Assembly (NCBI GenBank): GCA_964016885.1
Contig: OZ024753.1
Location: 43,586,001-43,650,000, forward strand
Direction: 5' to 3'
Source: Eledone cirrhosa
Lineage: Eukaryota
DNA: 64,000 nucleotides
This document shows, piece after piece, positions 39,776 to 54,010 of this stretch (position 1 is its first letter; each line of letters starts with the position of its first letter). Both the position numbers and the translations under genes were made by a program. A model generated the notes under the pieces. That model did not search any database, had not been told where the DNA came from, and was given only the letters and a program-made list of their open reading frames with translations.

Positions 39776-40212
39776 ATCTCCTCAAATTTCTGAAGCCTTC
39801 TCTCTTCAATAACCAAGGGAAAATATCAACAAGCAACAAACAAGAAGATCCAGTGGTTTATGATATAAAAATGATAAATACTCTATTATAGAAACTGAAT
39901 TAAGAAAAATAATTTGTTGTTTGACAATTTTCTCTCCAAATTTGTTCAAAGCTGTATTGTATTCAGTGGAGAGAAGAGCAAACTCCTTTCAAACCATCAT
40001 CAATTGATTATCATAACTTCTTTCTTACTTTTCTTTTCTCTTTCTACCTCTATTACCCCCCCCCCCTCTATATATATATCACTTTGATTATGATTTTTTC
40101 TTTCTCTTCTTTTTTGTTCATTTATTTATCTATCTTTATCTATTTTCCTCTCTTTCCCTCCCCTCCATTTTTTTCTTCACATATAAATACACATCCACAT
40201 GTAACATATATA

Positions 40213-40243
<31 letters not shown>

Positions 40244-40377
40244 ATATATATATATATAGTTATTCCGGGTTGAATCGGAGGTAACCACAGTAAATAAGGT
40301 ACTCAATACATAGCAGAGTATAAAAGGATTCCTGAAAGAATGAAACAGTTCTAGTCCTGTAGAATCTCATCTATATT

Positions 40378-40417
<40 letters not shown>

Positions 40418-40507
40418 GTAATTCCGTCGGAAAAGTCCAGGAAAAAAGAGTGTTCTATGTAGGTAACAGAACTTAATAGTTATGTAATAAACAACATAAC
40501 ACAATTA

Positions 40508-40567
40508 TTCCATTTACCAGTGGTTTCTTAAAAGCAAAAAATTTTGCTTTCAATCATCAGAATGAAA
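40508..40567 (-). ncRNA. Type I hammerhead ribozyme motif (left arm)
   Basis: UUUCAUU-CUGAUGA-UUGAAAGCAA/UUGCUUUUAA-GAAA-CCACUGG-U-A-AAUGGAA. Confidence 0.75.
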
Positions 40568-40601
40568 AAATCCTGGTGTATTTCTGAATACACCAGGATT
40601 T

Positions 40602-40661
40602 TTTCATTCTGATGATTGAAAGCAACATTTTTTGCTTTTAAGAAACCACTGGTAAATGGAA
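40602..40661 (+). ncRNA. Type I hammerhead ribozyme motif (right arm)
   Basis: 7-bp stem I, CUGAUGA, 10-bp stem II, GAAA, stem III ACCA-C-UGGU, GUA cleavage triplet. Confidence 0.78.
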
Positions 40662-40698
40662 TAATTGCCTTATGTTGTTTATTATATAACTATATATA

Positions 40699-40866
40699 TA
40701 TTTCCTGGCACCGAACACACTTCATCCTCAAGGATGCATCCTAATTTTGACAACCAAAAATGTGAAAAAGAATAATAAACAACCTTCAGCCTCCAGGATG
40801 CATAGTAGATTAGTGAGACTTATTTTAGGAAAAAAGAAGTGTCTTCGATGCCGGGAACTACGGTAT
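40699..40866. mobile_element. Tc1/mariner (pogo/Tigger-like) MITE
   Basis: TATTTCCTGGCACCGAACACAC...GTGTCTTCGATGCCGGGAACTACGGTA imperfect TIRs in TA context. Confidence 0.6.
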
Positions 40867-43669
40867 ATATATCTGAAGGCCTTCCAGCATAATTTTATGT
40901 AAAAACCTTTGTTAAATTATATACCAAACATCAGCTTAATAATGAGAAAATTATTTATATTATTAAGCTACTTTAAATTCTTGGCTATTTTCGAAATTAA
41001 TTGAAAATTCTAGATAATGTTTTGTATTAGAAATACAGTAATGATAGGTTTAAGGTTTATATATTCCTGTTCATAAGTAGAGTTTCTGTTTTATAAAAAA
41101 GAATAGCTTATGTTAATTCTTAACCTTCTATACTGCATGAAACTGTTGTGTATGTATGATCATCTCCCTTTCTGGTGGCCTCTCTTCATAAAGCAATGTT
41201 GACCACCTGCCATTTTGTTTACAAAACCTAATCTATGTAATTAAATCATTGATTTCCTTTACTTGATAACAGTTTAATGCAGCTTATATCCACCGTTGCC
41301 ATGGTATTACAATTTGCCTTTCAGTTTTGTTTTCATTTTAATACTATTATTTCATGATAGTACTTTGGTTTTCATTAAATCTTTGTATGATTAATGTTGT
41401 TGTATTTTTACCATTATTATTATTTATTTATTTAATAGATTCTGCTACCCCTTCGCTAATGGTTTCATTCTTGACAAAGCTATAAATGTTTTGGTTTTAT
41501 TTTCCTATAACAATATCACTAACTTTCCATAGATTTCAATGGTGTTTTATAGTCTTCCTCTTCTTCTATGGCAAAACCCACAACTTCAACATCTTTTCTA
41601 TTTCTTTGACCTTGACTTCGCTATTAAATTGTTTTTCTAAAAAAAATCTATGGTCTTATATAATTTGCTATTCTGATATGAGCAATTTGTACTGAAAATT
41701 TAGATAATAGGCGACGAGTTTAATTTTCAATAGAAGCTTCAGAATTGTGTTTGTATTAGTTTTCTTTTATTTCAAACTAAACTCTGAAAGTATATCTTCA
41801 CTACTCTACATTGTTTGTGTGTTATCAGGCTACATTCACACATTAAATCTCTAACTCATTTGTCTACTTTGCTACATATACAGAACTCGATACAGCTTAC
41901 TTTTGAGATATTTTAATCGTTACTTGTTATTGTGCCACTATAAATCAATTTCTTTCCTTGTTTACCTCTTGACATCCTGTACCACATAAAATCACATTAG
42001 CAAGACATTCTTAAAATGTACAGCAGTATGACTACATCAAATTACTAATTTCAAAACAATCATTTTTTTTATTGATACAGTTTCTGTAAGAGAGTTTCAA
42101 GTAAGATGCTACATAACCTATAATACAGAACATATAAATAAATTTACAGTAGAATAACATAACAAATATGTTTTAAATATATACATAAATAACATTACAA
42201 ATGCTAAGATAACATTATAAATTGCTCGCAGTTACTAATTGAAATCTTTATTAAAATACTGCAAATTTTCACGATCTATCCAATAGTGAATATTCAATAA
42301 ACTGAAAAGTATATATATTTAGAAAGCTGTACAATATAAGTGGGTTAGATTGCCAAGGTAACAAGTGAGAATGGAATTGAAAGGGAGGAAGGAATATAGA
42401 AGAAAGGGAGAATGGCTGAAAGTTACCTTAGCAATTTAATATTCCCAATTTTGGAGGGATTAACCATCCATTATGAAGAAAGTTCTATAGGTGAGGCTTT
42501 GGAGAAAACCAAATAGAATATTGTTTGAATGAAGAAATCTGTTCCTCATGTAATTATAAATGGAGTTCGGATTTTTGTCCATTTCTCAATCAAAACATAA
42601 AATTAGTGGAAGGTATATGTGTGTGTGGAGGGGGTATTTTGGATTGGCTTATATACGGTAATTCTTAAACTCTTTTGTTATTATATTTTTAAAGAAATAC
42701 ATTACATATAATTTCCGAATCAGTTTGAAAATAATCAGGGATTTTGTGGGATTTAATAATATAACTAACGCTCATATAATTAATTTGGTGTCTGGAACAG
42801 CAGCTAACTAATGTTGTTAATGGGAATTATATCAGGAAGGTTTTAAAATAAATATAAACATTATACAACCAGGAGTTGTTTCAGGCAATTTGGTATGAAA
42901 AGAGCTAATCTTTTTTCTAGTACCAGTAATACAATAGATCCAGTTGATCATAGCTCTTCTATGCAAGTAGGGAAATCAAATGAAATCGTTGCTTAGATCT
43001 TCATCTCGATCTGAAAAGGCTGATTTTAAGTATGAGTTTCTTGATTAAACATGAAGGGACAGCTCACTATCATTTTTGAAATTAATTGTACTCTAATCTC
43101 TGATCTAACTCAGATCAAAGGATTTTAGAAAATAGAATTCATCTGTTGGAGTTTTATAGCCTTCAGTAACGTATATCTTTTTAGCAAGGATTTAGCTCAA
43201 AACCCAAGAAGGTGAAAAATAAAGGAAGAAACTTCATTACAAATAGTCAAAAAGAAAAGTAACAAATAAAGAAAAGGAAATGAAATGAATAATAACAATA
43301 ATAAAGATGATAATAATGATGGTGATGATGATACTAATGATGATGATGATGATGATACTAATGATGATGATGACAATGATGATGATGGTAAGGATGATGG
43401 TAATGATGGTAATAACAATGATGATAATTATAATAATAATAATAATAGCAATAATAATATTGAAATAAAAATGATAATAATAAAGATAATAACTAATAAT
43501 GATATAATAACAATAATAATAATATTGGAATAGAAAATAATGCAAAAATAAATAAATAACTTTTGAAATGTGATTAGAATCTGTTAATAGTTTTGTGAAA
43601 TGTGTCTCTTTCATCGTGTTGCACTAAATAGTTTGAAGGTTGAAAAACTAGCAAAATATTTAATAGCTT

Positions 43670-44380
43670 TGACAACAACAACAGTGTCAACAACAACAAC
43701 TATAGCAACAACAGTGGCAACAACAACAGAAATAACTGACAACTGTAACTAACAATAACAGTAACAACAACAGTAACAACAACAGTAACAAAAACAACAG
43801 TAACAAAAACAACAGTAACAACATCAATAGCAACAACACCATCAACTGTAACAACAACAACAGTAACAGCAACAGTAACAACAACAACAGTAACAACAAC
43901 ATCAATAACAACACCATCAACTGTAACAGCAATAGTAACAACCACATCAACTGTAACAGCAACATCAACTGTAACAGCAACATCAATAGTAACAACATCA
44001 AATGTAACAACTGTAACAGCAATAATAACAACATCAACTATAACAACAACAACAGTAACAACATCAAATGCAACAGCAATAGTAACAACAACCACAACAT
44101 CAACTGTAACAGCAATAGCAACAACATCAACAGTAACAGCAATAGTAACAACATCAAATGTAACAGCAATAGTAACAACAACTGTAACAGCAATAGTAAC
44201 AACAACCACAACATCAACTGTAACAGCAATAGCAACAACATCAACTGTAACAGCAATAGTAACATCAAATGTAACAGCAATAGTAACAACAACATCAAAT
44301 GTAACAGCAATAGTAACATCAACTGTAACAGCAATAGTAACAACAACCACAACATCAACTGTAACAACAACAACAGCAAT
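43670..44380. repeat. AAC/AGT/AGC-based trinucleotide minisatellite
   Basis: Recurring CATCAACTGTAACAGCAATAGTAAC. Confidence 0.92.
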
Positions 44381-44659
44381 ATTAATAATAAAAACATCTC
44401 AAATCAACAAAGAAATGTGTAAAATGTATAAATAAGAAAAATATAGAATCTTCAAAAGAAAAACAATGGTAATATTAGATTTTAAACTAATGATTTTAAA
44501 ATTTAATACTTTAAATGTAAAATTTAAATCATTTTGTGGTTCAAAAATGTTCAAATCTATCATTAATTGAATGGGCTTCCATCAGTATCAACGATGAGTC
44601 TTACAGTTGTTTGATCAATGGAAATGTCTTTTTGTGAAGTTAATTATTGTGTAACAAAC

Positions 44660-44810
44660 CTAGATGGGTTGGACATGTCTCTTGTCTCAGACACAACAGA
44701 TGGACAGAGTGACCCGTGGACACCAAGGCAGAGGAGAAGAACGAGAAGATGGCCAAAGGGAAGATGGTGCAATGATCTGACCCGATACCTCGGCCCCCAC
44801 ATGGCCCAAT
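44660..44810 (+). pseudogene. Decayed RTE-type LINE C-terminal fragment (another family)
   Basis: WVGHVS...WTPRQRRRTRRWPKGRWCNDL resembles the RTE W-GH...W-P--R-RGRP--RW-DD ending. Confidence 0.55.
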
Positions 44811-46092
44811 ACCACACCACCACCACAACCACACCACCACCACTACCGCTACCACACCACTACCACACCACTACCAATACCACACCACCACCACTACCAC
44901 ACACTACCACTACACCACCACCATACCACACCACTACCACTACCACTACCACCACTACCACAAATCAACACCACTACCACACCACCACCACCACTACCAC
45001 ATCACCACACCACCACCACCACACCACCACCACCACTACCACACCACCACCACTACCACATCACCACCATCACACTACCACCATCACACTACCACCACCA
45101 CACCACCACTACCACACCACCACCACCACCACCACTACCACACCACCACTACCACACCACCACTACCACACCACCACTACCACACCACCACTACCACACC
45201 ATCACTACCACACCACCACCACACCACCACCACACCACCACCACCACTACCACCACCACACCACCACCACCACTACCACACCACCACCACTACCACATCA
45301 CCACCATCACACTACCACCACCTCATCACCACTACCACATCAACACCATCACACTACCACCACCACACCACCACTACCACACCACCACCACTACCACATC
45401 ACCACCATCACACTACCACCACCACCACACCACCACCACCACTACCACACCACCACTTCCATACCACCACTACCACACCACCACCACTACCACATCACCA
45501 CCATCACACTACCACCACCACACTACCACCACCACACCACCACCACCACCACTACCACACCACCACTACCACACTACCACCACCACACCACACCACCACT
45601 ACCACACCACCACTACCACACCACCACCACTACCACACCACCACCACTACCACACCACCACCACTACCACCACCACACCACCACCACCACTACCACCACC
45701 ACACCACCACCACTACCACCACCACACCACCACCACACCACCACCACCACTACCACACCACCACTATCACCACCACTACTACCACCACCACTACCACACC
45801 ACCACCACCACTACCACACCACCACCACCACTACCACACCACCACCACCACTACCACACTACCACACCACCACCACCACACGACGACGACGACGACCACT
45901 ACCACCACTACACCACCACCACCACCACTACCACCACCACCACTACCACCACCACTACCACCACCACCACCACTACCACCACCACTACCACCACTACCAT
46001 CACCACACCACCACTACCACACCACCACTACCACACCACCACCATTACCACCACTACCACCACCATCACACTACCACCACCACCACCACACG
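44810..46092. repeat. (CAC/TAC)n degenerate microsatellite
   Basis: Direct inspection. Confidence 0.95.
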
Positions 46093-46315
46093 ATTGTCAA
46101 AGATGTAGACAGGACCAAGGAAGAAAGAGTTTTAACAGGTCTTCATAGATGTCCAAATGATACCTGTTTGGTGTGCGAAGGCTTTTATTGCATATATATT
46201 TTATGTGGGGGTTTCCAAGAGATGTCAACATGAAAGGACCTGTTATTTTTATCTAAAGACATTTTTTCCAATTCCAACCCGCCCGTCTCCTCAATCTATC
46301 TTATTTCTCGTTCTT

Positions 46316-46351
46316 TCTTCTGATGAAGGAGTAGCGTCCGAAACGTTAAGA
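46316..46351 (+). ncRNA. Minimal type I hammerhead ribozyme motif (Penelope-pLTR type)
   Basis: UCUU-CUGAUGA-A-GGA(GUAGCG)UCC-GAAA-CG-U-U-AAGA; loopless palindromic stem III ACGU. Confidence 0.75.
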
Positions 46352-46484
46352 CCCTCTTCCTGCTATATCCCTTCCATATACTGTACCGATTGTTTTATTA
46401 TTTCTGTTTACCTTTTACATACATATATATATATATATATATACGATATTAAACAAATGGAAACTATATTTATAAAACCATATT

Positions 46485-46550
46485 TATTTCATTATACATA
46501 TTTCGGGGATACCATATTAAAAATATGGCATGCCTTCTTCAGATAAAATA
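46485..46550 (-). ncRNA. Type I hammerhead ribozyme motif inside an inverted-repeat-bounded unit (46441-46659)
   Basis: UAUUUUAU-CUGAAGA-AGGCAUGCCAUAUU(UUU)AAUAUGGUAUCCCC-GAAA-UAUGUA-U-A-AUGAAAUA. Confidence 0.72.
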
Positions 46551-46742
46551 CAATATATAAACAGTTTTATAAATAATTTTGACGTACCATAAATATTGAT
46601 CAACTTTTATGTAAGAAGTTGGTTTTATAAATATAGTTTCCATTTGTTTAATATCGTATATCTACTCCAAAACTTGTTGAGTGCTTTATATCAGTTATAA
46701 AATATTTACTTGTTGTAACCCAACAATTTTAAATAAAACTTT

Positions 46743-46777
<35 letters not shown>

Positions 46778-47292
46778 GTCTTAATATATTTTTGCTGAAC
46801 AACTGAAGTCATTTCCAATCAGTACAGATTTGAAAGTTAGCATTAAACAATATTAACTTGTTCAATCATACCACATCAGCTTGGAAAGTGTCAAGATTTA
46901 TATCCATTGCTGTAGAAGAAACTTCTTTGAGTTGCCAATGATCTTTGGATAAAATATATAAATGATTTCTATATTGCCATTTTAATCATGGTCCTTTTTG
47001 AGCTGACAAAGTGGCTTGGTTTCTGAGATATTGGCTGATGTGTGCAGAAAAAAGGGATTATGCAGGTGCCAACTTGGAATGAATAAGTGATATACATGGG
47101 GGCTTAAGAAATGTCATGAAAGTTTACTTGGTAGCATAAGATGCCAGAAAATAAATAAAATAAGAAGAGAGGTAATGAAGTCACACCAAAGAACACTGGG
47201 CTTTACAAAAGAGATGATACAAGCTAAACATTATTAGCAATATGTTACCTTACAGATCTAGTTAACCCCCTTTTGATACCCCTTTTTGTGAA

Positions 47293-47570
47293 GGCGCATG
47301 GCTTAGTGGTTAGAGCATTGCGCTTGCAATCAAAAGGTTGTGAGTTCAAATGTTGGACCGGGTGATGAGTTATTTCCTTGAGCAAGACACTTTATTTCAC
47401 GTTGCTCCAGTTTACTCAGCTGTAGAAATGAGATGACAGGACTGGGGTCCCTATCATTAAATCACCCAAGACACCTCCAACAAGATATACCTTGGAGGAG
47501 GCCAGCTAAACCTACATAGGTGTGAGCTGTCACATACACACACACACATAGGTGTGAGCTGTCACACACA
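47293..47570 (+). mobile_element. CORE-like SINE family B, tail type 2 with duplicated 3' end
   Basis: Homology to 18947-19190; ATAGGTGTGAGCTGTCACA occurs twice. Confidence 0.85.
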
Positions 47571-48159
47571 CTTTTGATACCAAACCATCTCTCATTCTAC
47601 AATATGAAATTGGTCATTTTAATTAATTTTTAATTTATCTAAAAAAAATCTTGCATCATAATTTTATGAGCTCTTCTTCAGCTCTTCTTAGATAATTTTC
47701 AACATGTCACCAACTATTCCTCATCCAACCCATACCATGTAGATGATGGTGGTGGTCATGGTGGTAGCATTATTATTGTTGTTGTTATGTATAGTAAGTT
47801 AAAGGCTGGATCTTTCAAACAGTGGAACTGTCATTCTTCTTCTTCTTCTCATTTCTCTTCTTCTCATTTCTCTTCTTCTTCTTCTCCTCCTTCTTCTTCT
47901 TCTACTCCCCCTTCTTCTTCTTCTTAATCTGTTGATTAACAGTACTTACCCCCACCCACCCATCCACAATAGTTTCCTTCATGTCTGCCTATATACACTT
48001 GGTATAGATAGTTATTCTAGATATCAAATACCTGAGTCTACACCCCCCCCCCCTCTATATATATATCAAACTTCCAATACTGTCTCTATAGACTTTTAGA
48101 GAACTTACATTTGGATACAAAATACCTATATATAATATTTACCATTTTAATATAATATA

Positions 48160-48370
48160 ATGTTTATATACACACACATATATATACATATGTGTATATA
48201 TATATATATATACATATGCATATATATATATATATATATGTTTATGCACACACACACATATATGTACTTATGCATATGGCCGAGTGTGTGTTTGTGTGTG
48301 CATAAACATATATATATGCATATGTATATATATATATATATATACACATATGTATATATATATGTGTGTA

Positions 48371-48411
<41 letters not shown>

Positions 48412-48463
48412 ATGTGTGTGTCTTTATATATATATATATATGTGTGTGAATGTGTGTGTGTGT

Positions 48464-48506
<43 letters not shown>

Positions 48507-48547
48507 GTGTGTGTGTGTGTCTTTATATATATATATATGTGTGCATG

Positions 48548-48597
<50 letters not shown>

Positions 48598-48645
48598 GTG
48601 TGTGTGTGTGTGTGTGTGTTTTTATATATATATATATATACACAC
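48160..48645. repeat. (TA)n/(TG)n compound microsatellite
   Basis: Direct inspection. Confidence 0.93.
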
Positions 48646-49600
48646 AATTTGTATGCAGTGGATGTCTGGAGGGATAATATCAATTTTTACATAGGAATGA
48701 AGGTGACAAAATTTACCATTTTTGACATTATGACATATTTGGCAAATACATTCTAAAGAGGAGAGGGAGGGGGGGGGGCTGAATTGGAGGGAGAAGAAAA
48801 GGAAAAAGAAATAAAAGTTGTATCATTTCTAAATGAAAATGTAGTTTGTTTGTTATTTTGCCATTTATAGTTGAGATGTCAAATTCATAAGTTAAAAAAC
48901 TTTGCAAACACTTGCCTCATAAACATTAGACTAGTAATATGAGAAGAAGTTACACGCAGCTAACAAGTAACAAGTGTAACTGCCGCTCTCTTTAGTTAGA
49001 GTCTCAATGACTCAGTTAATTCAAGTTTCCATCTCTCAAAACAAATAACTCTGTAACAAGATTTGTTTGTTTTATGTACCTTTATATAAGTGTCAAATTG
49101 ACAGAGTTGTGAGAACATTGAATTTGTGGTATTAGTTATGGTTCTCTGCTTTCTGAGTTCAAATTCCACTGAGGTCATCTTTGCAAGGTCGATAAAAAAA
49201 AGTACCAGTCTAATACTGAGGTCTTTTTGTCCTCCATATATATATATATATTTCTAATTTCTTCTCTCTTACTTTCTGACCTTCTCTGGAAGAAATCTTC
49301 TGCGTTCAGACCTGGAGAAGAGAATGGGTTCTACGAGGACTAAAAATGCCCTATGTCAATACAGCTCCCCTACAACTCCATCAAGTATTACGACTTCATA
49401 CATACATGATAGGTGTCATATTAGCTGAGTTGTTAGAACATTGGATAGAAGGTTTTGTGGTCTATGTCTAGCCCCTGTCTTCTCTATGTCTAGCCCCTGT
49501 CTTCTCAGCCATCTCCCTATCTGTAAGAATAGGTTTTAGCTCAGCAATTCATAATAAAAACAGAATCTAAAGAATATATGTAAAGGTCTTCATCAGTAAA

Positions 49601-50232
49601 TAATGGTTTGTAATTTAGGCACAAGGCTTACAACTTTGGGGCAGGGGGAAGTTGATTAAATCAACCCCAATGTGTTACTGGTACTTTATTTTATTTACTC
49701 TGTATGGATGAAAGGCAAAGCTAACTTCAGCAGGATTTGAACTCAGAACATAAAGGGTCGTAACTATATGCCACAAAGCGTGTTGTCTGATGCTCTACAG
49801 ATCCTGCACATCCTCAGCCCCTTGCATCAACAAATAATAATCAATAAACTTGTTGTTTCATCTCAGATCAGCCCTGATTAATTCTTCTGATACCAATCTG
49901 CCTGAAACTGCCTCTGGGTCTATCATATTAAACCGTATATTTTAAAATGTTTATCTTTAGCTAAACAGACTCCATCATAGATTTTATTTAAGAAACCTTG
50001 GTTAAGTTATATTCCAAACATTAACTTAATAATGGTTTCTGATTTAGGCACAAGGCCAGTAATTTTAGGGGAGGGAAAGTCGATTAAATCAGCCCCAGTG
50101 CATGACTGGTACTTCATTTTATCGATCCTGAAAGGATGAAAAACAAAGCTAACCTCAGCAAGATTTGAAATCAGAAAGTAAAGGTCCATAACTCTATGTC
50201 GCAAAGCAGTGTGTCTGACACTCTACCAATAC
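49601..50232 (-). mobile_element. Two older SINE family A copies (49601-49822, 50031-50232) around a family F MITE fragment
   Basis: Homology to family consensus. Confidence 0.75.
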
Positions 50233-50806
50233 TCTGCTCTAAACACTAACATAATGAAAATATTTATTTACTTTATTCCTAAATTCTTCCAAATAGTTGA
50301 TTATTTTCAAAAGTGATTTAATCACATTAAATATTAAAGTATTTATAACACTGCAGATTTTCCCAAATATGTGTCCAGTAGTAGATATACTATTAATATT
50401 TAAATTAACAAACCTTTTTAGATATTTTCTGCTGAATCATTGCAGGATGTTTAGAGTTAATGCTGCATAACCTGTTAATATACTTCTCTCAAATGAAATT
50501 CCATTAAATTTCAATAAAGGAATATCCCATAATTAAAATGATAGCAAACAGATGAGAGAGAAAGAGATATTATTGATAAGGATTATAGGAACATGGTAGC
50601 TGATCATATGATTCTCTCTTTCACACAGTGAGAACCATTAAAAAGATGTTAACATTTAACAACAAAGAGAGTGAAATTGGGAAGGGAGATAACTGTAATC
50701 CAAACATGCAGAGACACTTGCCCTTTCATATTATATATGTATGAGGATCAACAAGTTCTTAGACTGACTAAGATACTCTCATGAAATGACCAAATGAGGT
50801 TTATAC

Positions 50807-50957
<151 letters not shown>

Positions 50958-50959
50958 AT

Positions 50960-51152
50960 ATGAGGGTCGGTAGAGAAGTTCTTAGGCTGACCAAGATACT
51001 CTCATGGAATGACCAAATGAGGTTTTAATTTTTCAACATAGTCCCTGGAAAGAAACAATGCAGTTATTAATAAGAAGAGTTGAAATTAACGCATGCCAGA
51101 TTTCCCTACTCTAACATCACTCCTTCATAGTCAGCCTATGAATTTTTCAGAC
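50960..51152. mobile_element. Mariner-type MITE; partial left-end duplicate at ~50741-50802 across a (CT)n tract
   Basis: TATGAGGGTCGG...AAGTTCTTAGGCTGAC / GTCAGCCTATGAATTTTTC inverted termini in TA context. Confidence 0.65.
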
Positions 51153-51279
51153 ATATATATATGTATTGTTATAGTTTAAATATTTTGCAAATTAAAAAAC
51201 ACAAAATGATAAAAATGAAGCATGTAATTTTGTAATTTCCACAAAATATTCATAAATTATTTCTTGCAATTTTGCAGAA

Positions 51280-51640
51280 TATATATATGTATATATATAT
51301 ATACATATATATATATTTATGTATATTTATATATATATATATATATTTATTTATATATATATATTATATATATATATATTATATTTATTTATATTTATAT
51401 ATATATATTATATATATATTTATTTATATTTATATATATATATTATATATATATTTATGTATATTTATATATATTATATATATATTTATGTATATTTATA
51501 TATATATATATATATATTTATTTATATATATATATATATATATTTATTTATATATTATATATATATTTATGTATATTTATATATATATATATATATATTT
51601 ATTTATATATATATATTATATATATATATATATATGTGTG
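51280..51640. repeat. (TA/TTTA)n microsatellite
   Basis: Direct inspection. Confidence 0.95.
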
Positions 51641-52179
51641 TATGTGGATTTATATGTTTATTAACTCCAACAATAACATAACTATATAAAACTATATATA
51701 TATATATATAAAACAATCCAAAAATGACAAAAAAAAAACCCCCAAAACACATGAGTAAACTACGTAAAAAAAAGAAAAAGAAACGTCTTTTAAGCACTTA
51801 TCATATTTGGAAATATTGCAAATAACCAGTACAGACTTTATGTCTGTAGAATAATATTCCTGGGATATGAATAATAATTGAGATTTAATATTGTCATTTC
51901 TTTGTATTATTAGCATTGTTGTTTGTTATAGACAGAAACAATATTTTTGGCAGCTGTATAATTGCTTCTATTGCCTAAATTATTCTAAGATGGAGAATCG
52001 TTTGCAGCCAAAGCATTTAATATCGGTCATTATCTGTACAGCTTTATTTTATTGATTTTCTTACTTTTTTTATGTTATTTTATTTATTTTAATATGTTTT
52101 ATTGTTCTTGTTGATGATGATGATGTTGTTGTTTTATTTTAATTATATTTTATTGTTTTATTTTTTATTGCATTTTTTT

Positions 52180-52520
52180 CTTTTTCTTCTTTCTTGTTCT
52201 TCTTTCTTCTTCTTGTTCTTCTTTCTTCTTCTTGTTCTTATTCTCATTCTTCTTCTTCTTCTTCTTCTTTTTGTTCTTCTTCTTCTTCTTTTTGTTGTTG
52301 TTGTTCTTCTTCTTCTTTTTGTTCTTCTTCTTCTTCTTCTTCTTTTTGTTCTTCTTCTTCTTCTTCTTCTTTTTGTTCTTCTTCTTCTTCTTGTTCTTCT
52401 TCTTTTTCTTCTTCTTGTTCTTCTCCTTTTTCTTCTTCTTTTCTTCTCCTTCTCCTTCCTCTTCTTCTTCTCCTTCTTCTTCTTCTTTTTCTCCTTCTTT
52501 TTCTCCTTCTCCTTCTTCTT
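52180..52520. repeat. (CTT)n microsatellite
   Basis: Direct inspection. Confidence 0.95.
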
Positions 52521-52803
52521 GTTTTGTTTAGTTTGCTGCCGGTCCTTTGGCGAGAGAAGGATAAGGATTTAAATGGTTAGATACATTTATATGTTACCCT
52601 AATTACGTACAATTAATATCGCTTGTCATGTATTTAATCAGTTTCGAAGCTTACCGAAGCCATGCAGTATTTATTCTTTAATTGGTCTGCACACACACCC
52701 ACATACACTCACACCCACATACACTCATTCACATATGCCTACACACATTCACATACATCTATATCTATAAAACTATATATATATATGCATATATATGTGT
52801 GTA

Positions 52804-52840
<37 letters not shown>

Positions 52841-53550
52841 GTCTGTCTCTTTATATATATATATATATCTGTCTGTCTCTTTATATTTATATATATATAT
52901 ACATATACATACACACTAGTATATACATATTTATATATAAACATATAAGTCTGTTTGTATGTATTTGTTTTCAAATATAGAAGAAAACTATTGCAATTCT
53001 CAGAAAATGACAAGTTTTCAGTTTAGTTTGATCAATTTTTTAATGCCACTGTCACTTAGAATTTGGGAATAATCTGCCAAAATAGATAAGAGTGGCAGGA
53101 ACTAGACTGGAAACCAAATGAATGCACCGTGTGTCTTTACATTGCAGATACGAAAGTAATGGGTGGCAAATTGAGAGATTTACTTGTTCTTTGAAAAGGT
53201 TGTTTATGTAAACCACTTCCAATCAGGCTCATTGAGACACACAACAAAGAATTTTAACCCTTTTCGTTACCATATATAATGAGATATGGTGTCTTTCTGT
53301 CTGACTATTTTAATTAAGTTAGAATATAATCAACAATTTGGTATGGGCCGGATGGGTCGTCACATGTTAGTATGTTATCATAGCTATTGTCTTCACGTAT
53401 TGGTTGGAGGTGATGTCTTACTGACATATATTCTGATCACAGGGCCACTTTCCCTTCTAAAACAATATTAGTATTACTGGACCCTTGATAGGCTTTATAA
53501 TCCTAATTAGGGTCTTTTCTTTGTCACCATCAAAACTGTATCATCAGTTA

Positions 53551-53734
53551 TTGGCAGTATCAGTAGAGGGTCGGATGCCATGCTTTGCAGCATAGAGTTA
53601 CGGCCCTTTATGGTCTGAGTTCAAATCCCATCGAGGTTAACTTTGCCTTTCATCCTTACGGGGTCGATAAAATAAAGTACCAGTAATACACTGGAATAAT
53701 TGCTGCCCATATGCCAAAAGTAGAAACAATTATT
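53551..53734 (+). mobile_element. SINE family A
   Basis: Homology to family consensus. Confidence 0.85.
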
Positions 53735-53774
53735 AGATTAGTATTGTCCCTAACCCTAACCCAATTAGTGACAC

Positions 53775-53965
53775 TATGAGGTTCATCCATATATCACAGT
53801 CTTATATCACATCAATTCACTGCCTTGTAGTCCAACATCTTCAATGATTTCTTCATGGTCACCTGATCAGATTCGGATGACCATGTCTACCAGTGCCATC
53901 AGTGCGGAGGGGATAATAACTGAACCCTCACAGCAACTTCAACGTGTCTCATTACGTGTTTAGCA
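53775..53965 (-). pseudogene. Possible decayed LINE C-terminal fragment
   Basis: KHVMRHVEVAVRV...GRHGHP...IIEDVGLQGSEL in shifting frames. Confidence 0.3.
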
Positions 53966-54010
53966 ACAGTAGATGATGCTTACTTATGACAGTTGAAATT
54001 TTCGGGAGAC

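Noticed and set aside
44618-46108. 496-aa ORF
   Set aside because: Short decayed RTE fragment fused by chance to a CAC/TAC microsatellite
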